A DNA stretch of 62,573 nt, the filler included, from Dimorphilus gyrociliatus (taxonomy: Eukaryota; Animalia; Annelida), in assembly GCA_904063045.1 (NCBI GenBank). It is 3 parts of 3 records of this genome, joined end to end, with 100 filler letters (N's around TTAATTAATTAA, not from the genome) between each part and the next. Parts side by side here need not be neighbours in the genome. Positions count along the whole stretch, not along the records: positions 45,337 to 62,573 come from CAJFCJ010000098.1; 2 more parts are not named here. One strand, written 5' to 3'. Shown here one piece after another: positions 51,001-60,737 of this stretch (the stretch's first letter is position 1; every line of letters starts with the position of its first letter). The notes beneath the pieces were generated by a model, which saw only the letters and a list, made by a program, of their open reading frames with translations, was not told the origin of the DNA and ran no database searches. A program made the position numbers and the translations under genes.

Positions 51001-51615
51001 TAAATAGAGAGTTCTTTTATTTATTTTTTTTGTTTATTTAATTTACCTGCAAAGATAGAAAAACACTCCAGCATATGTTGCTTTGTTGTTTTTTAACTTG
51101 TATAAAAGGTATCTCATTTGATGTTCCATTAACTTATCAAAATCAATTTTATTCAGATTGAGTGACGCTAACCAACGAAATAAGGCTCGGACTTTAAGTG
51201 TCTCATCATTGAAATTTTTAATTAAAACATTTGCGATTTGTTGTGGTGTTTTGTTTAAAAATGATTTACTATTCTTTTTAATAACAAATTTATCAACCTG
51301 ACTGAAATCACAAGCTTCTTCTATCACTTCTTTTGTATTTGGATTAGGAAAAATAACATCAGAAGGTATTGCAATTTGTCTGTATTTAATCAATTGATAC
51401 CATTCCATATTTGCTATACGTAGAGTAATATTGGTTGGAAAACCCATACTCTTAAACTCCTCTTCAAGAGCTTTATGAACCTCAGCCAGATCTCTTTCAA
51501 TGTCTTTTTTATTTAAAAAACAAAATATAAAATTTGATCAAATTTCAAAATTTTTATTACCTGGATTATAAACTTCAGGAATGACAACATTTTGTTTCGA
51601 GACACAAATTCCCAT
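48018..51615 (-). CDS. Hillarin / kyphoscoliosis-peptidase-like protein (transglutaminase-like fold), 5 exons, 1115 aa
   Basis: Exons 51615-51561, 51503-51047, 50977-48826, 48765-48654, 48589-48018 splice in frame with GT-AG (total 3348 nt). Motifs KVRALFRWL, YAGVFFYLC, VLGYAK, WNIVKINGFWYL; C-terminal QPPTVVHLVI..W...AAAFYLW. Confidence 0.85.
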
Positions 51616-52689
51616 ATTTCCAATTTAAATACTGATATGAACAGTATGTTATTGAGAATGAGAGTGAAAAAAATATTTTCAGGTGTAGCTGTAATTGAGA
51701 CACAAAATATTCTTTTCAGGATATAGAAAAATCTTCTTTTGCGAAAACCATCATGAAAGGCTTTACAACTTGGTCTCAGCAATTTTCAAAACTTCCTTGG
51801 CAATGATAAATATTTTTTTAATGTCTGTTTTGTCGTTTCACTGGCAAATTTTACTTTTTCTATATTATTAAAAACTAGGAAAGTGAGAAGATTCAAAAAC
51901 CTAAATTGAACAGGAAGTTGTCTTATTATAATTATATTATTATCAAAGGAAGTAAATTAAGTGGAAATTGATAATCATTCAAGTATTTCAAATAGAGTAA
52001 ATTCAGATATTGCTTACCAAATATCCTGAATTTGAAACAAATTTCTTAATGTTTCTACCAGTTTTTTCTATTTTAATAGAATGTTTTACATTTTACTATA
52101 ACAACAAGAGTGATTACAGGTATGTTAAAAGTTTGATATGGAGTATCATTTGAAGGGGATCAACAGAAAACGGCCACAAGGTTTTTTTAACCTAAACTAT
52201 ATAAAAGAAGAAATGAATTAAATTTTTGAAAGTGTGCTTATTTGAACAGCTGAATACATTATAAGGCTACAACTTAAAAAAACATGCAATTTAACAACAA
52301 TTGATGTATTTATTGAGCTTCTAAATTAAGTTCAGAACACTTCCTAAGAGAATTGATCATGAAGAAATTTTTACAAATAATCAAGTGGAAGCAGCAGCTG
52401 ATGACATTATTGATCTTTTGATTTTGAATAATGAAAAATACAAATCTGATGATGATGAAAGTATTACACAAATAGAAGGTCCAATAGATAATGCAATCAT
52501 TAAAAATACACAAATACCACAAAGAGAAGTTTTTGCCGAAGGCGTTACAATGAATGATTTTTAAAACAAGAAATGATTATTTTCTTATTGATTATTGTAC
52601 AAAACAACCAAAAAAAGCTCATTTGAAGATGTAGATGATGTTGTTCTAAGTAGTGATAGATCATTTAAAATTTTCTAAAACTGTCTTCC

Positions 52690-52877
52690 TACGTTGAGGA
52701 GTAGAAGGCTTGCTCCAGTGAAGGTTGTTTCTAGAAGATCTTCTAGGATGGTTAGGCTGGGATGTGCTGCCTTGAATGAAAACAGTGAGGATTTATATAC
52801 TTTGAGGCTTGCCTCTGGTATTCAATCATCACTTTACAGATGCAGAACTGTCTAGTTCGTATTTATCTTTAGAAACA
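52690..52877 (-). mobile_element. LTR1-like fragment
   Basis: GAGGATTTATATACTTTGAGG..CAATCATCACTTTACAG matches 18470-18520. Confidence 0.75.
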
Positions 52878-53159
52878 TAACATTTACCATAATTATACAG
52901 TATAGGCAAAAAGTGCCCAGCCACCTGGTAAAACTTTTAGTTAAGTTATTAAGACATGCTGAATAACTATTTTGAATTGGTAATAATAGTTATTAATATC
53001 CTTTAGGAAAAATTATCAAAAAATTGCTTAATCTTCTAAGATGCTCAAAAATTATGCTGATTAAAATATGGAGATAAATGGCATATATCGAGTCAGAGTT
53101 GAAAATAGACAAGAAGAACGTGATACATATTGATTTGTATTTTGAGAATTACCAACTAA

Positions 53160-53387
53160 AACGTTGAAAAGATGCATGCTAAAATAGTTACGTCTTAGCT
53201 AATACCAGATGTTAATGAGACAGACTTGTTATCTCGTGAGACATGTTTGCCATGCCGCCCTATTTGTGTATGAACTTGAAAGGTTCTCCAATTTGTGAGT
53301 ACTATGGTCATTTGGTAAATGATTGGAAAGGACGAATACTGTTTTGAAGAAGCAGAAATTCCTACAATTACAATACAACAAAGTACA
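53160..53387 (+). mobile_element. LTR2/B fragment (U3 piece + U5)
   Basis: GAAAAGATGCATG..CCAGATGTT matches 35135-35170; canonical U5 end. Confidence 0.8.
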
Positions 53388-54057
53388 GAAATCTAATGCT
53401 AAATCACAGCTCAAGTTGCTTCCAGTGATATATTTATACAATATGGTATTCTACTACTATCTTCTTCTGAAGCATCGGCTATTTAAAAACAGTGAAAAGG
53501 TCTTTGTTTATCTGTAGTAAAGATGAAGATAATACAAATCATTATCACGAAGCCAAAGTTATTATTCAGACAGCTAGTAGGACATTAGAAATCAGCCAAA
53601 TGAAAAAACCGAGTGTCATAGTCTAATAACCAATAACAAATCAAATGTTCTCTTTTTTTCTCATAAATTAAATAAACCAAAAGAAAGATTTGGACAAAAA
53701 AAATTTTTGGACATATTCTAGAAAATGTTCTTTCTCGAAAACCACCATGACAGGTTACAACTTGATCTGAGCAGTATTCAAAAGCTCCTTGGCAACTGTA
53801 AATATTATCTTTGACAATTCTCACTTAAGAATTTCTTATCACTATCTGGAAAATCCTGATCTTAAAAAAGAGATCTTATTGAAAAGAGTTTCAATAACCA
53901 TATTCTTAAATACTTTCTCATTCTGCATAAATATATCATTATTTTTTAAAGTAACTCACCGCAAGTATTGAATTTTACATATTCTAGGTAAGTACATTTA
54001 ATTACATTCCAATTCTACTTTACAAAACTGTACCTTGATCATTGCAGATATTATAAA

Positions 54058-54466
54058 ATGGCTGAACAAGATAGCTTAGTCAGCAATAACTCTATATGTA
54101 AAATCTGTTGAAAAATACACATTACCTGAAGGCCAAGTTGGCAAGTTGGATGAGCCAATTGAGCGGAATTCTGCAAGTGAATTAGATTCTTTTCAAGATA
54201 ATAAAAAGGAAGAATTGATTTCTTATCATTTGTTAACTTTTGAAAATAATGACACAGTGAGGAATTTGTTCACAGAAGAGGAGAGAAATATTGAAAGATT
54301 TGAAAAGAGATTTGATGAACAAGAAAGAGCACTAGAATGGTGTGATCTCTTTTCAGAAATGTTATCAATATGTTTCAAATTGGAAGGAGTTGATATTGGC
54401 TATAATGATATAAATAGTAATTTACTTATATTGCTTAAAGCTATTCTAATTCAGCAAACACATTGA
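54058..54466 (+). pseudogene. Possible TRIM/RING-like pseudogene
   Basis: MAEQDSL..ICKIC, then after a 1-nt shift EKYTLP; rest of RING absent; coiled-coil-like EEERNIERFEKRFDEQ. Confidence 0.3.
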
Positions 54467-54799
54467 GATTTGTGAATATGCAAAATTGTGCTTCAGATGA
54501 AAGCACACTGAATGATATTGAAACATTTGCTAAAGAATCTTCAATTAATATGAATATAGTTAAATTAAGAAGTTTTAATGAATACTAGTATAGTATTAAC
54601 TAAGAAGTATGCAAATAGAGGAGGAAGAAAGAAGATATCCCAAAAAGACAGAAAACATCCCTAAGAGCAATGTGTGAGCTCAACAATAGGAACAAACTTC
54701 ATAGTATATAATTCATTGCCATTTCACTTCAATCATGTAATAATTGGAGAAGATGACTATGGAAAAAAAAACCTTAGCTGGAATAAGTCTTCTATTCTT

Positions 54800-54965
54800 A
54801 AACATTGGATGGTAGATGGGTAATTTGGCAATCCACTATTATAGATTATCTACTCCGATACTTATATTTAGTATTTTATTTCAAATAAACCATTTCAATT
54901 AAATGTTTGTTTAAAGATTGAAGTACAACCAGTAATGTTTTAACTTCCAATTGCATAAATAGAAC
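54800..54965 (+). mobile_element. LTR1-like fragment (R/U5)
   Basis: AACATTGG..GGTAATTTGGCAA..AATAAACCATT..TGTTTAAAG. Confidence 0.7.
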
Positions 54966-55844
54966 AAGGAGAAGCATTACATAATGTCTACAGAAACGAT
55001 TTTATGAACTATTTGTAATACTTTTAATTCTAATATCTCTGTCACAAACAGATCTTCAATTAATTCATTTTCTCTGCAGAAGTTAATATGCTAAAAAAAG
55101 AAATTCAGAGGAAGATAAAGATTACAATTTAGAGATGTCGTCTATGTTTATACTAAAGTATAAATGAAAATGAAAATTATCTTTTGTTTTGCAGAAGGGC
55201 AGAATTCTTATCAATCATTGATTGTTAGGTCTTAAGGTTAGGGTTAGGTTTTTGATCTGACATTATCGTTCAATTTAAAGTAGGCCTATGTTAATAAATT
55301 CATCTTTTTCCTCCACTACAGAATCAGTAGTTTTCAAATGGAATAGTTCTAGCTCCAGTTTGATAAATATCCAAGTTCCAAATAAGGTAAAAATATAGAA
55401 TTATTACATATATAAAAAGTTTGTTGTTAAAAATTTATAATTTGAGTATAAAAATTAACTTCCGGTTTTTTTAGTAGTCCAAACAATCCCTTTATGCATC
55501 TAGAATTGCCATGGTATGAACAAAATGAGAGAAAGTTTTCAAGCCCCTCTGACTAACTTTTCAAACAAGATAGTCATTTTTATGTCAACCAGAATATGTC
55601 CAACAAAGAGGACATTTAATTGGCTTTTGTGGCAAGTACTATTATTCTAGGGAACGGGAAAACTCGTTCCCATTTTACAAAAGCAATTGTCTTAATTTTC
55701 AAAAGAGGAAGATAAAGATTGCAAATATTTTTATAAAAATTGAAAAAAAACAAATATAATATAATTGATTTAAAATGAAAAACTTGATTAATTTGTAAGT
55801 GTTTTTGAAGTTCCTAAAGAACTGCTTTGTTTCTTTAACTTTTT

Positions 55845-56190
55845 TTTTATAAAGGAACGGATGGAGAACAGTTGGACAAATGATTCTTTGCCAACCTTAA
55901 ATACACCATCCAGATACCAAACTTTGCTTTGCATAATAGGTCAGACTTTTGCTTAAAAGCAAATATTCTTTGATTTCCGAATGATACATCTCTTAGCAGG
56001 AAATTGTCAGGAAGAAAATCAAAAAGAGGATCATGCTATAGGTCTTTCCTTCTATCTGGTGATATTGGCTAATCTTCTTCAATTTTCCATATTCGGCAAA
56101 CTATTCTCCTCAGCTGAACGCTTTTCTATATATGTACTAACCCTAACCAACTCTGAGGTTGTTGGTAAAAATTCAAAGCTACTTTTCAGA
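55845..56190 (-). pseudogene. MULE transposase remnant (first catalytic D region)
   Basis: WYLDGVFKVGKESFVQLFSIRSFI. Confidence 0.7.
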
Positions 56191-56719
56191 CCAGACTTGA
56201 TGCATAGATAGTGTAGATGATTCGAAAAAAAGACCATCAAAATTAATTAATTGTATTGTCAAATTAAAACTAATTTTCTCAATGCGTATTCTATTGGGAA
56301 AACTCTTTTCCTTCTTAAGTACATTGATATTTTTTAAAACAGAATTCATTCAAAAAGGTTAGCATTTTGTGTATGAACTTGAGGTCTATTTGGACAAGTA
56401 CTTTTTTAACAAATTTGTAAAAATATTACAAAGTACAAAAAAAAGTTGTCATGACCCAGAAATTCCTATAATTAGTCTAGGCCAAAAATATTCACTAAAT
56501 CCTATATGATATTTCAGTTAGTCATTCTAAAGGCTATTGTGGCTATAACCAATTTATAACCACAAAATTCCTACTCCTTCATTTCTTTCAATACAAAAGA
56601 ATTTGAAAAAAACCACTAATTGCTCTACAGCATTAATTCCTATATATATAAACTGAAGGAATACCTTTTAGTAGAATAAATATCAAGAAGAGGTCTTCTC
56701 CTAGGAAATATAATTTGAA

Positions 56720-57137
56720 TAATGAACAGAAGCAAGGAATGGGTAGCAAAACCAGAAAAAATGGCTTTTTTAGCATTTGTAACTGAATTGAAAATTCATC
56801 ACAAACATTGAAGACTATTAATTTTAATAACTGCCATTTGACAAATAAACAATGTAGAAAATTTGGAAGTCTTTTACAAAAATGTTCCAAAATAGAAAAC
56901 ATCAGTATACCAATAACTGCATCAGTGGAAAATGACGTTGTTGATATTTTTAAACGACTCGAAAAATCATCAAAAACACTGAAATCTTTTTATTTAGAAT
57001 TCACAGAAATCTTGTTTCCTAATTACGAAGAAAAATATATAAATCTTTTAACAAAATGTTCACAAATAGAAAACATAGATTTATCATATAATACCAGAAT
57101 GACATATGGAATTTTGGATGTTTTCAACCTACTTTAA
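56720..57137 (+). pseudogene. RI-type LRR fragment
   Basis: LKTINFNNCHLTNKQC..IENIDLSYN; in-frame stop upstream. Confidence 0.65.
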
Positions 57138-57305
57138 GACATTTCAATCCAGAGTTTTGATATAGTTATATATGAAATGTATAGGCCTATTGCTCAAAAT
57201 ACATCTACGTGAATAAACACTAGAATTATTTTAGCCAGCAATTAAATTTTATTGATAGTCATAAATTTATTATATAGTTTTATTTTTTTCCTCAATAAAA
57301 CAACT

Positions 57306-57758
57306 TTATACTATTATTGGAAAAATTGTAAATATAATTCCAAATATTTGAAAAACTGGCTTCAATTTTAAAGATGAATTACATTTGTTGCTATTGCAGT
57401 AGCAAACTGTAAATGTGGGGGATTCTGTGCATCCAATACTTACAGGATAAGCCATACAACCCCTAGTGATCAAACCTTCACCTAAAAGTAAATATGATAT
57501 GAAGTGTCTGCTTCAATAATTATGAAACATGGCCAAATAAACAAAAAATTGACAAAAAACTACTAAAAATGTTTTGCTAATAATTATTCCCAAATATCAT
57601 CATTTTCTCAATTTTTTTTCAGTATTACGTAAATATTACTCTTTATCTATAGAAATTTAGACAAAAACACTATTTTCGTGGGAAAAAAACATTTTTGATG
57701 TTATTTTAAATTTGGCCTATCAAAATTTAAGGTGTTCCAGTTATTATGCAGATTACTG

Positions 57759-57796
<38 letters not shown>

Positions 57797-58044
57797 CTGC
57801 TTATTCAACTTACCAATTGCTTTCATACACTTTCCCTCTGTGCTACAAGTAGAATTTTCTTTGAATTTATCTCCACAAAATCCGCTTGTTGCAGACTGAC
57901 AATCATAGCAAGATATTTTACCTAGAATTAGACAAAATAAAGAATCAATTAATTCAAATTTGTCAGTAACTATTCTTAAATACCTTCTGAAATTGTAAAT
58001 AGAGCAAGAAAGAAGGCAAAGGAAATTAGAATATGAAATTTCAT
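57306..58044 (-). CDS. Ly6/uPAR (three-finger) GPI-anchored protein, 3 exons, 114 aa
   Basis: Exons 58044-57984, 57921-57814, 57481-57306 (phase-1 introns): signal MKFHILISFAFFLALFTISEG; CYDC..C..C..C..C..C..CYCNSNKCN (10 Cys); hydrophobic C-terminal tail. Confidence 0.88.
57530..57758. mobile_element. Tc1-like TIR fragment in the Ly6 intron
   Basis: Homologous to 46400-46575; canonical TA|CAGTAATCTGCATAATAACTGGAACACC end. Confidence 0.8.
57759..57796. repeat. (TA)n microsatellite abutting the Tc1 end
   Basis: Direct reading. Confidence 0.9.
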
Positions 58045-58584
58045 ATTTTTTTCAATCTTCAATGCTTTTTGCTTAGGAACTAGGCGTCCATAAATGTTGT
58101 AACATTTACAATTATTTATATATTAACTGACTTATCTGAACAAATAAAATGTATCTCTATCTCTCTGATAGAGACTTTTTGAGTGTTCATAAAGTATTTA
58201 TCAATAAAAATTGCTTGAAAAGGAAACTAATATCACAAACAGATTCTCTCTGTTTTTTTTTTATGTAGTAATTTACATACCTGCAAGTAAGTAGAGAGAA
58301 TAGATGTGAAAATTCATTATATATTCTTGTCTTTTATTTTTCTTTATTAGATCATTCAATGATTTTATAAACCTCAGTTAAATGCAGCATAAAAGTAGAC
58401 CAATAGATAACACATCAAATCTTGAAAATGTTGGAAATTCTGTTTAATTTGAAAGGAATACTATATGCAGTTAGTATTTTAAAATAGTTGATATTAAACA
58501 ACTTTCAGTCAAATATGATCAGTAACCTTTTACGCTTTCAACCAAAATTCGGAAACCCAGTACAAATAGAGACGTGCAAAATAG

Positions 58585-59219
58585 TGTACTGCTCTTGCTG
58601 GCAAAATCTATGCGTTTGCAAGTTATAACAATACTGGTTCTACTCTAACCTTAAAACAAATGTTTAAATTAAAACGGTTTATTCGCAATAATAATACTTA
58701 AGCAAGTAACAATATGAGAGTTCAATAGCAGAGTAGATAGTTTGTAATAGCAGGTTGCCAAATTACCAAACTGTCTTCCAATGTTGAGGAGTAGATGGAT
58801 GGTTCCAGTGGAGGTTGTTTCCAGATGATTTTCCCAGGTCCTTGGGTCCAGATGGAAGCTGCATGCCAAATGAGAATAATGAGGATTTATATACTTTGAG
58901 GTTTGTCTCTGACATCCAATCATCACTTTACAGTTGCCGAAATGTGTAGTTCATATTTATCTTTAGTAACAGGATGTTACAAGGTTCAACATTTAGGAAG
59001 GTTAATTGAATTATAACTTGGCCACACCCTAGGCAAGTTAATTAAATTATAACTTGGCCAAACCTTTATTGGTAATTAAAGATGAGCCTTCAAGCTGACT
59101 AATCAGACTTATGTTTGGCCAATGTTATAGCATTTTCTTGCGTAGGTTTTAAGATGTACATGTATATGTTGCATAAAATAATAGAGTTCAAGCATGTAAA
59201 ATATAACCAAAGTTGTACA
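58585..59219 (-). mobile_element. Solo LTR1 (635 bp)
   Basis: TG..CA ends; 4-bp TSD ATAG; about 5 differences from the 18173 copy. Confidence 0.95.
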
Positions 59220-59859
59220 ATAGTTTGTAATATTTTATCAAACTGCGTGTTAGTTTTTTTTTACAATTAAAAAGATTTTTTATTTTTGATATTTTTTTCA
59301 CATTTTCAATTATTTTCAGTGGATTTACTTTTAAGAAAGATAATTCAGAATGTTGCCTAAAATCCACTCCTAATAACAGTGTCCTAACCTTTACTCCTGA
59401 AAGTGGAATAGCCTTCTATAGAAAAGGTAATAAGTTTCTGTTAAATTTCATATCAACTTCTTATTTCAACAATCAATCATTGTCATTATGAATTTATAGA
59501 CAGCATTAATAAATTAATTTTTAAATATTAAAAGAAAATCTCTTTCTCAATCGTTTATCCAAGATAAACATTTGACTGTGAATGCACAACAAATGGTATG
59601 TGTTTTGTTTATTTAGATAATTTAAAATATATAGATAGTGCACTTTTTATCATCAAAATTCTTCTCTCTTCTTTAATTTATCTCATTTTTTATAAAGCGG
59701 ATGCTGATGATTGTGTGAACTGTTTCAATATAAAGAAACAGCAGTTTATTTTATCAAAATAAGAAGAGTAGATCAAATGAACGGAAATAGATACTAAAAA
59801 ATGGGTCATTTCCTCTCAGACTGTTGAAAATCTCAATTTCCTTTTTCTAATGTTATTCT

Positions 59860-59930
59860 CCAAAGTTTAGCTATAATTTTTTGAAAATTGCTTCTATCCA
59901 ATGAAATACACATCCTTCAATTGGTACAGA
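59860..59930 (-). pseudogene. MULE transposase fragment
   Basis: VPIEGCVFHWIEAIFK. Confidence 0.55.
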
Positions 59931-60243
59931 GTTGGATAAACATATGATAAAGTCATAAAATCTGCAAAGAACTTTTTTGGATTGGAAATATTCTTTTTTA
60001 GCATAATATTTTTCCTTCTCACTATTATTGGTTCCTATGTAAAATTCAAAAACATTCTACTAATGACGATTATTTAACAGTTGTGGTTTATAAATATTAC
60101 CAATAAAATATGATCATCCCAATTTATAATTTCAATTTTAAAAAAAATTTAGTTTTCATGTAATGAAGTATGAATATATTTAATTAGTCAACTTGAACTT
60201 AGTTCAACAAATCTCTTCAGCTTTATAAGTAAAATATTAAGAA

Positions 60244-60669
60244 TGTACTTTGTTGTATTGTAATTGTAGGAATTTCTGGTTCGTCACAACTGTAATCGTC
60301 CTTTCCAATCATTGACCAACTTGCCAAAGTACTGGTCCAAACAGAACCTTTAAAGTTCGTCCACAAATAGTCTAACAAAGGCAATTTTGGTAGAAATTAA
60401 TCAACAAAACATGAGTATTTTGTCCAAAGAATATGCATTGAGTAAAATGAGCTTCTAGTTCTAAACAAGCTAGTTTAAACAACTAGCTCATGGTTAGAAA
60501 AGTGAACTGTCAACTGTTAATTTCATAGGGTTTATATACTCTTTTAAGGGTTGATAGTTCACAAATTTCAATGTTCACAAAAACAAAAGTAACATTTGAA
60601 GACAAAGAAAAGTTCTAAATATGGTCATGTTTTTATTGTTTTCCTCTTCTAAATAATAGTTGAATTTCT
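60244..60669 (-). mobile_element. 3' LTR (LTR2) of an env-bearing element, apparently lacking its first about 30 bp and PPT
   Basis: Colinear with 27402-27827, then diverges directly into env sequence. Confidence 0.88.
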
Positions 60670-60737
60670 CAGTCTGGTAAATTGAACTCTTTTCAGTTTT
60701 TTCTTCCAAATAAAGTAAATGAAGAATCCAATTCCAA

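Noticed and set aside
51740-53800. Duplicated segment of about 70 bp (51740-51810 and 53710-53790) as a repeated exon
   Set aside because: No reading frame is shared by both copies; the hillarin-like model is complete without it.
7020-60669. Uni-strand piRNA-cluster-like orientation bias of TE remnants
   Set aside because: LTR copies split about evenly between strands; a dual-strand cluster cannot be judged from sequence.
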